The notes below the pieces were generated by a model. The model saw only the letters and a program-made list of their open reading frames with translations. It was not told the origin of the DNA and searched no databases. Shown here piece after piece: positions 28,716 through 38,944 of a stretch of 64,000 nucleotides of DNA (positions within the stretch are counted from its first letter, which is position 1; the number at the start of each line of letters is the position of its first letter). The translations under genes and the position numbers were made by a program. The stretch comes from Vicinamibacteria bacterium (GTDB taxonomy: Bacteria > Acidobacteriota > Vicinamibacteria > Marinacidobacterales > Marinacidobacteraceae): the NCBI GenBank assembly GCA_965116805.1, contig OZ220713.1:145724-209723 (forward strand), in the 5' to 3' direction.

Positions 28716-29162
28716 ATGAAGTACCGCCGCCGCGGACAGCGCAAGCGTCGCGATAGCGAAGAGCAGCGCCGGTTCCAACGCGAAGTGGGTGAGCGGCTCG
28801 CCGATCTCGGCAACACCGAGCAGTTGCGGACGCTCCGCCTCGCCGGAGACCGGCGCGCCACCATCGTGACCCGCTGCGCCCGCTGCGGGTATCAGTGGCC
28901 GACCGGAGAGGTGTCGATCGTCGTCGGCTCGACGTGTCCCACGTGCAGCACGCCGCTCCGCTCCTGCCGACACTGCACGTTCTTCGATCCGAAGGAACGC
29001 TACGAATGCCGGGCCGACGTTCCGGAGCGCATCGTCAACAAGTGGGCCGGCAACGAGTGTCTCCACTTCCGCCCCACCGAGGTCCTCGACGTGACCGGGA
29101 GGAAGCTGGACTCCGCCCGGGACGCCAAGGCCGCGTTCGACAGCCTCTTCGAGAGCAGTTGA
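28716..29162 (+). CDS. Hypothetical Cys-rich zinc-ribbon protein
   Basis: Basic N-terminus, then CxxC...CxxC...CxxC clusters ('CARCGYQW', 'CPTCSTP', 'CRHCTFF'). ATG start. Confidence 0.4.
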   Translation: MKYRRRGQRKRRDSEEQRRFQREVGERLADLGNTEQLRTLRLAGDRRATIVTRCARCGYQWPTGEVSIVVGSTCPTCSTPLRSCRHCTFFDPKERYECRADVPERIVNKWAGNECLHFRPTEVLDVTGRKLDSARDAKAAFDSLFESS

Positions 29163-29863
29163 ACCTCCTCGCCGGCACCTCCGGCTACGGCTTCCGGGAG
29201 TGGGTGGGCGCCTTCTATCCGGAGAAGACGAAGCCCGCCGACTTCCTTTCCCACTACGCCTCGGTGTTCCGGAGCGTGGAGGTGAACCACACCTTCCGGC
29301 GCTTTCCCAAGCCCGAGCTCGCGGCGTCCTGGGCCGCGAGCACGCCGGAGTCCTTCCGCTTCGCGGTCAAGGCGAATCAGGGGATCACCCACCGGGCCCG
29401 GCTCGCGGACACCGGGGAGTCGGTGGCTTCCTTTGTCAAGGCGCTCGAACCGCTCGGAGACCGCCTGGGCCCGATTCTCTTCCAGTGTCCCCCGTGGTTT
29501 CGCCGCGACGAACAACGGCTGGCGGCGTTCCTGGCGAGCCTGCCCGCGGGAACCCGCGCCGCACTCGAGTTCCGGCACGATTCGTGGGACTGTGACGCCG
29601 TGCGCGACGCCTGCCGGACGGCCGGCGCGGCGCTGGTAGCCGGAATCTCGGAGCTGGAAGAACAGCCGGACGTTCCCGTCACGGCCGATTTCGCCTACGT
29701 CCGCCTCCGCCGGGACCCTCCCTACACCCGCGAGGAGCGCATGGTGATCGCCGGGATGCTGGAGCGGCTGCGCGACCGGGTGGAAACCCTGTATCTCTAC
29801 GTCAAGCACGACGGCCCGGGCCTGGCGCCCGAAGCAGTTTCCTGGATCCAGAGTTTGGGGTAG
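29159..29863 (+). CDS. DUF72 (UPF0759) family protein
   Basis: 'LLAGTSGYGFREWVGAFYP' and 'LGPILFQCPPWF' are DUF72 signatures. TTG start overlapping the upstream stop. Confidence 0.6.
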   Translation: MNLLAGTSGYGFREWVGAFYPEKTKPADFLSHYASVFRSVEVNHTFRRFPKPELAASWAASTPESFRFAVKANQGITHRARLADTGESVASFVKALEPLGDRLGPILFQCPPWFRRDEQRLAAFLASLPAGTRAALEFRHDSWDCDAVRDACRTAGAALVAGISELEEQPDVPVTADFAYVRLRRDPPYTREERMVIAGMLERLRDRVETLYLYVKHDGPGLAPEAVSWIQSLG

Positions 29864-29924
29864 CTGGGGTTCTCCGGCGGGGGGTTCCGCGGCGACGCCA
29901 TCGGGGGGCACGGCCCCATGTGCT

Positions 29925-30030
29925 GTGCGGCCCTACGGGCCGCGTGCCGGCTAAAGCCGGCGTTCCAAGCCATTGTGTGGTCGGGGCGAAGCGCCGGGCG
30001 GTCCTCCGGACCGCTCGAGGCTAAAACGGC
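29925..30030. repeat. GC-rich palindromic intergenic repeat (REP-like), copy 5 (inverted orientation; hairpins GCCGGCTAAAGCCGGC and GCGGTCCTCCGGACCGC)
   Basis: Reverse-complement match to copy 4 (42.62-42.67 kb), with a variant of the core hairpin. Confidence 0.55.
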
Positions 30031-33000
30031 CAGCCCATCCAGAAGTCGAACTTCCAGCCGTCGAGCGTGGTGGCGAAGTCGGTGCGCTTGGACCAGGCGA
30101 AGTTCAGCGGCAGCCCGAGGAAGTAGACGCGGGCATTGAACCCGTAGGAAGCCACGAAATCGTCGAGGCCGCCCCCTTCCGAGACGCAGACCACGTTCTG
30201 GCGCGGACCGCAGAGCCGGCCGAGCCGCGACTCCCGGCGCTCGGAGGAGTAGATGCTCAACTCCTCTCCGTCGTAGGCGGCCCCGCCGGCGTCAATGAAC
30301 ACGCTGCCGCGGAACGGGCCGATCAGCCCGAGAGGCGTGATGGCGGCGTCGATGATCGGGAAGCGGAACTCGACGGTGGCGTGGCCGCCGCGGTTGCCCA
30401 CGAAGGAATAGAGGTCGTAGCCGCGGAGTTCACCCATTCCGCCGAACCAGAAGAACGCCGGCGCGTCGCCGGAGCTGTGCATCCACTTGAGCCGCGCCGC
30501 CAGCACGCTGGAGGTCGTGACCTGGAAGTACTTCCGGGCATCGAGGTTGAAGGTCGTCCTCGAAAGGAACGGTCCGCCGGGGGACCACTCGAGTCCCGCA
30601 TAGACCGTGCTGCCGGCCTGCGGGAACACCGCCGGCCCCAGCTGGCGGAACCGGATCGTGTCCTGAACGAAGGCGAAGCGCGCCGGCAGAACGTGACCGG
30701 TCGGGAAGATCCGGGTGTAGAAGTCGTCGTACTGGTCGACGAACTGCTGGGGGAAGAGCGGATCCTCGCCCGGTTGGAGGTAGATGTTCTCGAAACCGGC
30801 CTTCTGGTAGTCGTAGCCGATCCCCATCTCGAACCGCCGGAAACGGCTGAGCGGATAGAGCGCCCGCGCCGAGGCCCCCGAGGAGCGGATCGTGCCGATG
30901 CTGTCCGCGCGCGACCAGAAGTTCGTGAGGTAGTAGGGAAGCCCCGGGTAGAAGAAGGAGGTCTGGTCGTGCGCCTCGACGGCGTACTGCAACCGTCCCG
31001 ACAGATTCGCGTACTGGGCGTTGTAGATGCGGTAGGAACGGACGGAGTACGCGGTGAACGAGAGCCGGTCGTCACCGAGGACGTCGGAGAGCGAGATCGC
31101 GGTGCCGCCGAGGAAATCGAAGTCGCTGGTGAACCCGGCGGTGATCGGGGGCGGGCCATCGAGGAACAGCTTCTCGAAGCGCCCCTTCTCGCGCTTGTTC
31201 TCGCTGATGACCTGGTGATTCACGGTGGGCACGAAGTCGATGACCGGCCCCGGGGTCCGGACGATGGTGTCGGCGAAGATCTCCTTCACCGGCTCGTCCA
31301 TGCCGAGGGTGTGCAACCCCCAGTTGCCCTTGTAATAGCTCGTGAAGAGCAGCGTCTCCTGTTCCGTCTCGGGGTCCCTGATGACGCTGGGCGCGAAGTT
31401 CCCGCCGAGGACGTCGGTGTACTGGAGGATGTCGCCGGTCTCGGTGTCCAGCGACCGGATGTTGAAGATCCCGTCGTCCTCATTCGAGGAATAGATGAGG
31501 TCGCGGCCGTTGGGCGCGAAGATCGGGGCCACGTCGTTGAAGGTCCCGAAGGTGACCTGCTCCTTCTCGCCGCTGGCGATCCGCAGGCGGTAGAGCTTGT
31601 CGTAACCGCTGATCCGCCGGCTGTAGTAGACCCATTCCCCGTCCGGGCTCACCGTCGGAAACTTGTCGTGGAAGTCGTCCCGGGTCAGGTTCTCGATCTC
31701 CTCCGTCGCGATGTTCACCCGGTACACGTCGGAGATCGCGTTGTTCAGCGCGGTGAAGTAGACCCACTCCCCGTCCGGCCCGACGTGCGGAAACTTGGCG
31801 CGGTCGAGGGGCATTTCGATGCGCCGGACGATCCGCGATTCCACCACGTCGGCGAAGAGGAGCGCCCGGCGTTTCTGGAACCGGCCGAAGAAGGCGACTT
31901 CCGACCCGTCCGGCGTCCAGCTCAGGTTCCGCCCCATGAGCTGATCCTCACCGCTGAGTCCCACCACATTGATGAACTCGCCCGCGTAGCCGGGGGTCAG
32001 GTTACGGATCACCTCGCCGTCCCGGGCGGACAGCAGCACCACGTCGTATTCCGACTCGCGCCGGTTCCCGGCCAGCACTGCGATGACTTCTCCCGACGGT
32101 GACTGCGCGGCGGAAATCGCACCGACGTAGCGGCCTTCGCGCGGCGACAGGTCCACGCTGTAGTCCTCGGGAATCTCCTTGTCCCGGTACGGCTTGAACC
32201 GCTCCTTCATCCAGCGCTTGTACTCGCGGTAGAACTCTTCCGAAGGCATCCGGAAGGCCTGCTCGAACACCTCCTCGCTGACCCCGCCGGTCACTGCCCG
32301 GCGCAGCGAGAACACGAACTGCCGCACGCCCTCCTTGCCGAAGCGCTCCTCCATGAAGTCGAAGATGGACGCCCCGAAGGAGTACGGCGCTCGAGCGAAG
32401 CGCTGGTTGAGTTCCTGGAAGGTGGGAATCTGGTCGGCGACCGCGGCGTCGCGAACCACCATCAGGTCGATCGGGTCCCACTCATCCTCCATGTAGGTGG
32501 CGAGTCCCTCGTCGATCCAGAGCGGCACCGTCTGCCGGAAGAGCGACCGGGGAATGATGTCGAACTCGAAGATGTGGGTGAGCTCGTGGAGGAAGAGCTC
32601 CTGGAGTTCATCCGGGGGGTTGTCGATGGGGATGACCATCCGGTCGCGCGCAGACTCCGCGAACGCCCCCACCCCTTCCGGGATCTCCGACGGCGAGAGG
32701 TTCGTCTGGGCGAACTCGGAGAACGTCTTGTAGAGGATCAGCGGAATGGCGAAGGGGATTTCGTGCTTCAGTTCGTCCGACAGCGTCTCGTAGGCGCTCT
32801 CGGCGTAGCTCACCAGCCGCCCGAGTTCCTCCTCCATCTCGGGGTAGTAGTAGACGTCGAAGTGCGGCGAGCGGTACACCTGCCAGTCGTGCTTGTCGTA
32901 CTTGACCTTGTTCTTCCCGTAGAACGGGATGAAGTACTGCGCCGGAGCCACGGCCGCCGTGCCGAGCGCTGCCAGCAGGACAGTGAGAACGAAGGGCGCC

Positions 33001-33038
33001 CGGGCCCGGGAGCCGGATTTCGAAGAGTCGCGAATCAC
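30021..33038 (-). CDS. Large secreted multidomain protein: N-terminal zinc-peptidase-like (HExxH), TolB-like WD40/PD40 beta-propeller, C-terminal outer-membrane beta-barrel
   Basis: Signal peptide. 'LHELTHIFEFD' HExxH. Repeated 'SPDGEWVYY' and 'TPDGSEVAFF' PD40 units. Y/F/N-rich C-terminus ending in an aromatic (GWPF). The plus-strand 709-aa ORF is an antisense artifact. Confidence 0.7.
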   Translation of the reverse strand: MIRDSSKSGSRARAPFVLTVLLAALGTAAVAPAQYFIPFYGKNKVKYDKHDWQVYRSPHFDVYYYPEMEEELGRLVSYAESAYETLSDELKHEIPFAIPLILYKTFSEFAQTNLSPSEIPEGVGAFAESARDRMVIPIDNPPDELQELFLHELTHIFEFDIIPRSLFRQTVPLWIDEGLATYMEDEWDPIDLMVVRDAAVADQIPTFQELNQRFARAPYSFGASIFDFMEERFGKEGVRQFVFSLRRAVTGGVSEEVFEQAFRMPSEEFYREYKRWMKERFKPYRDKEIPEDYSVDLSPREGRYVGAISAAQSPSGEVIAVLAGNRRESEYDVVLLSARDGEVIRNLTPGYAGEFINVVGLSGEDQLMGRNLSWTPDGSEVAFFGRFQKRRALLFADVVESRIVRRIEMPLDRAKFPHVGPDGEWVYFTALNNAISDVYRVNIATEEIENLTRDDFHDKFPTVSPDGEWVYYSRRISGYDKLYRLRIASGEKEQVTFGTFNDVAPIFAPNGRDLIYSSNEDDGIFNIRSLDTETGDILQYTDVLGGNFAPSVIRDPETEQETLLFTSYYKGNWGLHTLGMDEPVKEIFADTIVRTPGPVIDFVPTVNHQVISENKREKGRFEKLFLDGPPPITAGFTSDFDFLGGTAISLSDVLGDDRLSFTAYSVRSYRIYNAQYANLSGRLQYAVEAHDQTSFFYPGLPYYLTNFWSRADSIGTIRSSGASARALYPLSRFRRFEMGIGYDYQKAGFENIYLQPGEDPLFPQQFVDQYDDFYTRIFPTGHVLPARFAFVQDTIRFRQLGPAVFPQAGSTVYAGLEWSPGGPFLSRTTFNLDARKYFQVTTSSVLAARLKWMHSSGDAPAFFWFGGMGELRGYDLYSFVGNRGGHATVEFRFPIIDAAITPLGLIGPFRGSVFIDAGGAAYDGEELSIYSSERRESRLGRLCGPRQNVVCVSEGGGLDDFVASYGFNARVYFLGLPLNFAWSKRTDFATTLDGWKFDFWMGWPF

Positions 33039-33069
33039 GAGCCTTCTCCTTTCTTTGCCGGACAGCCCA

Positions 33070-33873
33070 TCAACGCAACAGGATTCGGGTGCCTCGGAAC
33101 GTCTGGGGCGTTACCACGCTCAGGAAATTCGGGAGGATGCGGTCCATCAGTTCGAAGTACGAAGAGAGCGCCGAGCTCTCCTCGTCCCGCCCGAAGATGA
33201 CCTCCTCGGTGAAGCGCTCGCGGTGGATGGTGCGGCCGCTCGCGCCGTCGATGAAATAGAACTCGGCGGTCAGGGTGTACGCGTTGCGCTCCTGGAACTG
33301 CGTGCTGCGCACCAGCCGGGGCCGGTTGAAGTTGTCGCGGACGTAGCGGTCGCGGCGGGAGAACCCCGAGCGCTCCTCCGCCGCGAAGCGGAGCCGGCCG
33401 CTGATGATCAGCGGCTCCTCGAACTCCTCGCCCAACCGCCGCCAGTACTCCTCGTCCTCGAGGAGCTTGTCCTGCTCCAGGTCGATCCACTCCTGCCGGG
33501 AGATTTCGCCGTCGCCGATCGCGACCGCTTCGGCCGCCATGTCGTCGAACTGTTCGGCCAGCCCGCTGGCTTCGAGCGCCGCATCGGAAAAGTCTCCGAG
33601 CGGCTCGACCTCGGCCTCGATCACCGCCAATCGCGAGTTCAGGCGTAACTGGTTCCGGAGCAGCCGCGAGGTCTCCGAGTCGAGATCCAGGTTCTCGTTG
33701 GTCTGGCTGACGAAGCTGCCGACGAGCACCCGCCCGTATTCCGAAAGGTCCAGCTTGGCGTCGATCGGGATCTCGATGGGCACCTCGACATAGGGCCCGG
33801 CGGCGCAGGCGGTGAAGCCGAGCAGTGAAAACGCAACTCCCGCAGCGAACCGGCGATGGCAGGCAACACCCAT
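33070..33873 (-). CDS. Lipoprotein, hypothetical
   Basis: Start 'MGVACHRRFAAGVAFSLLGFTACAAG' (lipobox LGFTAC). The upstream part of the listed ORF is another frame of the TPR gene. Confidence 0.5.
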   Translation of the reverse strand: MGVACHRRFAAGVAFSLLGFTACAAGPYVEVPIEIPIDAKLDLSEYGRVLVGSFVSQTNENLDLDSETSRLLRNQLRLNSRLAVIEAEVEPLGDFSDAALEASGLAEQFDDMAAEAVAIGDGEISRQEWIDLEQDKLLEDEEYWRRLGEEFEEPLIISGRLRFAAEERSGFSRRDRYVRDNFNRPRLVRSTQFQERNAYTLTAEFYFIDGASGRTIHRERFTEEVIFGRDEESSALSSYFELMDRILPNFLSVVTPQTFRGTRILLR

Positions 33874-33880
33874 GAGCCGG

Positions 33881-34306
33881 TCAGCGTCTCCGCGAGCGGG
33901 CGGCGTCGCGGTCCTTCCGCTTCTTTCGCTCGTAGGCCTCGCGGAACAACTCGTAGTTCTGACGAATCTGTTCACTGCTGGGCGCCAGCTCGAGCGCCGT
34001 CTCGTAGGCGTCGAGCGCTTCTTCGAACTTGCCGGAGCGCTCGTAGGCGACCCCGAGATTGTTGTGGGCCTTCGGGTTCTGGGGATCGAGTTCCACGGCC
34101 TTCTCCCAGCGGTAGGCCGCCTCCTTCCAGAGGCCCTTGCTGGCCACCTCCACCCCGAACGAGTTCTCCTGGCCGGACCGCTCGCCACCGGCGGATCCGG
34201 AAGCGTCGAGCGTCGCGGTGGGCTGGGCCGCCGCGGATCCCCCGATCAGCACGGTCGCAGCGACGAGCGACGCGACAGTGCGGAGGGGCGCGGGCAGCCG
34301 GTGCAT
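33881..34306 (-). CDS. Secreted TPR-repeat protein
   Basis: Signal 'MHRLPAPLRTVASLVAATVLIGGSAAA'. TPR units 'AYRWEKAVELDPQNPKAHNNLGVAYERSGKFEEALDAYETALEL'. 8 nt upstream of the lipoprotein gene. Confidence 0.55.
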   Translation of the reverse strand: MHRLPAPLRTVASLVAATVLIGGSAAAQPTATLDASGSAGGERSGQENSFGVEVASKGLWKEAAYRWEKAVELDPQNPKAHNNLGVAYERSGKFEEALDAYETALELAPSSEQIRQNYELFREAYERKKRKDRDAARSRRR

Positions 34307-34537
34307 CGTCAGAGGTGAATGCAATGAACAGGCCATGTCGCTGGTTCCCGGGCAACTGCCCTGGCGAAGGCTCCGGACGCGAATCCGGACGGTCTCCGAT
34401 AGTAGCGCGTGCCGGCCGGTGGGGGAAAACCCCATCGGGGTGAGAAGAAATCGACACGAATTACGTCAATAGGTCTTGAGGGCGTTTCGACCGGTTCCGA
34501 TCCCCGGAGCGGCGGACCGGCCTCAGGGAGAACCTCG

Positions 34538-35677
34538 ATGACGAACCGCCCCGTCCCACCCCGGAAGCAGTCTCGGGCCCGCCTCGAAGAGGTGGCGCTC
34601 GCAATCGCCCTTGCCGAGCGGCCGCCGCCCCGGGAGCGCGCCCGCTGCTTCGAGAGCGGCAACCTGGAAGCCGCCGCATCCACGTTCCGGCGGAAGTTCG
34701 GCGAGTTGCCGGCCGGTTGGCTCGACGCCGCGCGGCGCTGGCGCGACGCGGCCGCCGCTGCCGGGCGCCGGCTGCTGATTTTGGGACAACCCGGGTTTCC
34801 GCCCCGGCTCGCCGAGATCGCCGTTCCACCCATCGCCCTCGAGGTAGCGGGCGATGCCGACCTCGCGGCGCCGGGGATCGCGGTGGTCGGTTCCCGGAGA
34901 GCGACCCCCTACGGAATCGCCGTCGCGGAACGGCTCGCGGCCGGGTTGGCCGAGGCGGGGCTCGTGGTGGTGAGCGGCCTCGCCCGGGGCGTGGATGCGG
35001 CGGCTCATCGGGCGGCGCTCGAGGCCGGGGGCAGGACCGTCGCCGTCCTCGGTTCGGCGCACGACTCGCTGTACCCCCCGGAGCACCGCGACCTGGCGCG
35101 GGCGTGCTGCGCGTCGGGAGCGGTGCTGACCGAGTTCCCCCCCGGCACGCGTCCCCTCCCGCATCACTTTCCGCGCCGCAACCGGATCATCGCCGGGCTC
35201 ACGCTGGGAACGCTGGTGGTGGAAGCCGCGGCGCGGAGCGGCTCCCTCGCGACGGCCCGCCACGCGGTGGACTCCGGACGCGAGGTCTTCGCGGTCCCGG
35301 GCCCCATCGGGTCGGAAACGAGCGCCGGGTGCCACGCGCTGATCCGGCTGGGCGCCACCCTGGTCACGGGCGTGGCCGACATCCTGGAAGAGCTGGGGCC
35401 CCTCTCCGGTGTCTCCGGACCGGGCACGGAAGCGGGAGCCGCCCGAAACCGGGAACCGGAGAGCGGCTCTCCGAGGCCGGGCATCGGCCCCGAAGCGACC
35501 CGCCTGCTGGACGCGCTGCGGAAACGGCCGTCCGGGATGGATCTGGACACTCTCCTCGGCGCCGCCGGCCTCCCGGTGCCGGTGGCGCTGGCTGCGATCT
35601 CGGAGCTGGAACGGCGGGGGCTGGTACGTCGGTTTCCGGGCGACTTCTTCCGTGGCGCGGATGGATCGTTAGACTGA
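34538..35677 (+). CDS. dprA: DNA-processing protein DprA (Smf)
   Basis: Rossmann-like core 'VVGSRRATPYGIAVAERLAAGLAEAGLVVVSGLARGVDAAAHRAAL' and 'GSLATARHAVDSGREVFAVPGPI'. GGGAGA SD before the ATG. Confidence 0.8.
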   Translation: MTNRPVPPRKQSRARLEEVALAIALAERPPPRERARCFESGNLEAAASTFRRKFGELPAGWLDAARRWRDAAAAAGRRLLILGQPGFPPRLAEIAVPPIALEVAGDADLAAPGIAVVGSRRATPYGIAVAERLAAGLAEAGLVVVSGLARGVDAAAHRAALEAGGRTVAVLGSAHDSLYPPEHRDLARACCASGAVLTEFPPGTRPLPHHFPRRNRIIAGLTLGTLVVEAAARSGSLATARHAVDSGREVFAVPGPIGSETSAGCHALIRLGATLVTGVADILEELGPLSGVSGPGTEAGAARNREPESGSPRPGIGPEATRLLDALRKRPSGMDLDTLLGAAGLPVPVALAAISELERRGLVRRFPGDFFRGADGSLD

Positions 35678-35686
35678 TCGCACGTC

Positions 35687-37960
35687 ATGGGAAACGCACT
35701 CGTCGTCGTCGAATCCGCCGCCAAGGCCAAGACCATCGAGCGGTTTCTGGGGGGCTCCTACCGGGTCATGGCCTCGGGAGGACACGTCCGGGACCTGCCG
35801 CAGCGGGGCCTCTCGGTGGACATCGCGAACGGTTTTCGCCCGCAGTTCGAGGTGGTTCCGGACCGGGCCAAGATCCTCGAGAGCCTCAAGCGGGCGGCAA
35901 AGAAGGCCACCCGCATCTACCTCGCGACCGACCCGGACCGGGAAGGAGAAGCGATCAGCCACGACCTCGCGGAGGAGTTCCTCGGCGCGCTGCCGCGGGG
36001 ACGCCAGGTTCCGATCCAGCGGATCACCTTCCACGAGATCACCCCGCCGGCGGTCCGGCGCGCGCTCGAGAGCGCGTCCGAGGTGGACGGGAACAAGGTC
36101 AAGGCCCAGCAGACGCGCCGGGTGCTGGACCGGATCGTCGGCTACAAGATCTCGCCTCTCCTTTCCCGCAAGGTCGCTCCCCGTCTCTCCGCCGGGCGCG
36201 TGCAGTCGGTGGCTCTCCGCCTGATTTGCGCGCGCGAACGCGAGATCCGGGCCTTCAACGTCGAGGAGTACTGGACGATCGACGCGCTCCTGCTGACCGG
36301 CGACGGCGCCTCGCTGCGGGCGACCGCCGAAGTTCCGAAGAGCCTCCCGCGGAAGCCGGCGGTGCGCGAGGAGGCCACGGCCCGGGCGATCCAGCGCTTT
36401 CTCGAGACGTGCGACTACCGGGTGGCGGAGGTCGAGTCGAAGGACCGCCAGGAGAAAGCTCCCCCGCCCTTCATCACCAGCACCATGCAGCGGCAGGCGG
36501 CCTCCCTGTTCCGCTTCCCGGCCGCGCGGACCATGCGCGCCGCGCAGGGGCTCTACGAGGGGGTGGACCTTGGCTCCGGAGACCGCGTCGGATTGATCAC
36601 CTACCTGCGGACCGACTCCACCCGGGTCTCGAAGGAGGCGCTCGGGGAGGTGCGGCAGTTCATCGGCAAGCGGTTCGGAAGCGACTTCCTCCCCGAGCGG
36701 CCGAACTACTTCCGCAAGCTGAAGGGGGCGCAGGACGCCCACGAGGCAATCCGGCCGACGTCGGTCGAGCGGACTCCCGATCGGGTGGCGCCTTTTCTCA
36801 CGGAGGACCAGCGGAAGCTGTACCGCATGATCTGGGAGCGGTTCATCGCCTCCCAGATGACCCCGGCCGTCTGGCACGACACCAGGGCCACGATCGTCGC
36901 GGAGCGCGCCGGCGGGGGCGCGGCTCCCGAGATCCCCGGGTTCGGCAAGGCGCCCGAACGACTGGTGGCGAGCGGGTCGGTGCTGGCGGAGCGCGGCTAC
37001 CGGGTTCTCTATCGCGAAGCGACCGAGGACGCGGGGCCATCCGCCGAGTCCGACAAGAGGACCGTCATCCCCCCGCTCGAGGCCGGACAGGCGCTCACCC
37101 TCGAAGCGGTCCTGCCGGTCCAGCACTTCACGGCTCCCCCGAAGCGGTACAGCGAGGCGAGCCTGATCCGCAAGCTGGAGCAGAACGGAATCGGCAGGCC
37201 CAGCACCTACGTGCCCATCCTCCGCAAGATCAAGGACCGGGAGTACGTCCGAACGAAGCAGCGGGTCTTCCTGCCGACCGAGGTGGGCATGCTGGTGAGC
37301 GATCTGCTGGCGGGGAGCTTCGACAACCTCTTCAACGTGCGTTACACCGCGGACATGGAGGAGAACCTCGACCGGATCGAGCAGGGCGAGGCCGGTTTCG
37401 AGGGCACGCTGAAGGCGTTCTACGAGGATTTCTCGCTCGACCTCGACAAGGCCGTCGTCGAGATGCCCCGGATCAAGGGGCTGCCGACCGCCGAACCCTG
37501 CGAGCGCTGCGGGCGTCCGCTCGTCCTTCGCTGGTCGGGAGGCGAGAAGTTCCTGGGTTGCGAGGGGTTCCCGGACTGCCGCGGCAGCCGATCGCTGGGC
37601 GACTCCGGCGAGGAGGCGAGCGACGGGGAGGCGCCGGTCTGCCCGGAATGCGGCGCGCCCATGTCCGAGAAGCGGGGCCGGTTCGGGGCCTTCCTCGGCT
37701 GCACGCGGTACCCCGAGTGCACCACGATCATTCAGGTCAAGGGGGGCCGGCCGGTCGCCAGGCCCGCGCCGGTGCCGGTCGAGGGCAAGTGTCCCGAGTG
37801 CGGGAAGGGGCTCGTCCAGCGGCAGGGCCGGCGCGGGCCCTTCGTCGGCTGCAGCGGTTTCCCGAAGTGCCGTTACATCCAGCCGCGGCCAGCGAAGAAG
37901 GGCAAGAAGGCGACCTCCCGGAAGACCGCGGCGCGGCGCGGCACGCGCCCATCGCCGTGA
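35687..37960 (+). CDS. topA: DNA topoisomerase I
   Basis: TOPRIM N-terminus 'LVVVESAAKAKTI'. Catalytic region. Several C-terminal C4 zinc ribbons. 757 aa. Confidence 0.9.
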   Translation: MGNALVVVESAAKAKTIERFLGGSYRVMASGGHVRDLPQRGLSVDIANGFRPQFEVVPDRAKILESLKRAAKKATRIYLATDPDREGEAISHDLAEEFLGALPRGRQVPIQRITFHEITPPAVRRALESASEVDGNKVKAQQTRRVLDRIVGYKISPLLSRKVAPRLSAGRVQSVALRLICAREREIRAFNVEEYWTIDALLLTGDGASLRATAEVPKSLPRKPAVREEATARAIQRFLETCDYRVAEVESKDRQEKAPPPFITSTMQRQAASLFRFPAARTMRAAQGLYEGVDLGSGDRVGLITYLRTDSTRVSKEALGEVRQFIGKRFGSDFLPERPNYFRKLKGAQDAHEAIRPTSVERTPDRVAPFLTEDQRKLYRMIWERFIASQMTPAVWHDTRATIVAERAGGGAAPEIPGFGKAPERLVASGSVLAERGYRVLYREATEDAGPSAESDKRTVIPPLEAGQALTLEAVLPVQHFTAPPKRYSEASLIRKLEQNGIGRPSTYVPILRKIKDREYVRTKQRVFLPTEVGMLVSDLLAGSFDNLFNVRYTADMEENLDRIEQGEAGFEGTLKAFYEDFSLDLDKAVVEMPRIKGLPTAEPCERCGRPLVLRWSGGEKFLGCEGFPDCRGSRSLGDSGEEASDGEAPVCPECGAPMSEKRGRFGAFLGCTRYPECTTIIQVKGGRPVARPAPVPVEGKCPECGKGLVQRQGRRGPFVGCSGFPKCRYIQPRPAKKGKKATSRKTAARRGTRPSP

Positions 37961-38934
37961 ACCCGGGCGAGGAACCCGCAAGCAGACAGAAGACGCCGCT
38001 GCGCGCGTTGATCCGGGATTTCCTCGAAGACCTGGAGGAGCGCCGGGGGGCCTCGCGCCACACGGTGCGGAACTACGGCAGCGACCTGTCGCAGTTCGCC
38101 GAGTTCCTCGAGGCGAAGCGCGCGCCGGAGCACGAGCCCGCCGGTCCCGGACCCGTGGATACGGCGGTGCTGCGCGACTACCTCGGGTCGCTGCACGAGC
38201 GCGGGCTGTCCAGCACCACGGTCGCGCGCAAGCTCGCCGCTCTCCGCTCGCTCTACCGGTATCTCACCCGTTCGGGAGCGGTGGACCGGGATCCGGCGCG
38301 GGCGCTCCGGGCCCCGCGAACTCCGGCAAGGATCCCGACCCGCATGGAAATGGACGAGGTCGAGGCCCTGCTGCGCGCGCCCGATCCGGCCACGCCGCTC
38401 GGCTGCCGCGACCTCGCCATCCTCGAGCTTCTCTACGGCACCGGGCTTCGGGTTTCCGAGCTGGTCGGTCTCAACCTCGCCGACGTCAACCCGGGCAGCC
38501 GCATCCTGCGGGTCCTCGGAAAGGGCGGCAAGGAGCGGGTGGCCCCCTTCGGCGAGGTCGCCGCCGACGCGCTCGGTCCCTGGCTTCGGGCCCGCGCGGA
38601 AGTCCAGGGAACCGCGGGCGACAGCGAGGCCGTCTTCCTGAATGCGCGCGGCGGACGCCTCTCCGACCGGTCGGTGCGCACGGTGGTGCGGCGCTATCTG
38701 GGCGAGGCGGGCCTGGTCCGGCTCGCCGGCTCGGTGTCCCCCCACACGTTGCGCCACGCGTTCGCGACCCACCTGCTCGATCACGGGGCCGACCTGCGTT
38801 CCATCCAGGAACTGCTCGGACACACAAACCTCGCGACCACCCAGAAGTACACCCACGTTTCGACGGCCAGGATCTTCGAGGTCTATTCGCAGGCCCATCC
38901 GCGCAAGGCGGGCGGCCCGGAAAAAGGGGAATAG
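37957..38934 (+). CDS. xerC: Tyrosine recombinase XerC/XerD family
   Basis: GTG start overlapping the topA stop (GTGA). 'LELLYGTGLRVSELVGL', 'HTLRHAFATHLL', 'LGHTNLATTQKYTHV' (R-H-R-Y catalytic set). Confidence 0.75.
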   Translation: MNPGEEPASRQKTPLRALIRDFLEDLEERRGASRHTVRNYGSDLSQFAEFLEAKRAPEHEPAGPGPVDTAVLRDYLGSLHERGLSSTTVARKLAALRSLYRYLTRSGAVDRDPARALRAPRTPARIPTRMEMDEVEALLRAPDPATPLGCRDLAILELLYGTGLRVSELVGLNLADVNPGSRILRVLGKGGKERVAPFGEVAADALGPWLRARAEVQGTAGDSEAVFLNARGGRLSDRSVRTVVRRYLGEAGLVRLAGSVSPHTLRHAFATHLLDHGADLRSIQELLGHTNLATTQKYTHVSTARIFEVYSQAHPRKAGGPEKGE

Positions 38935-38944
38935 GCTCGGCGAT

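Noticed and set aside
29973-32102. 709-aa plus-strand ORF
   Set aside because: Antisense to the 1005-aa minus-strand peptidase/TolB/OMP protein. That protein has Y/F/N/K-rich real-protein composition, a signal peptide, HExxH and PD40 repeats. The plus ORF is R/G/E/D/V/P-rich.
34717-37956. Upstream 1080 codons of the 1405-aa plus-strand ORF 34717..38934
   Set aside because: This is an alternative frame running through dprA and topA (R/G/P-rich). Only the last 325 codons, from the GTG at 37957, encode the XerC-like recombinase.
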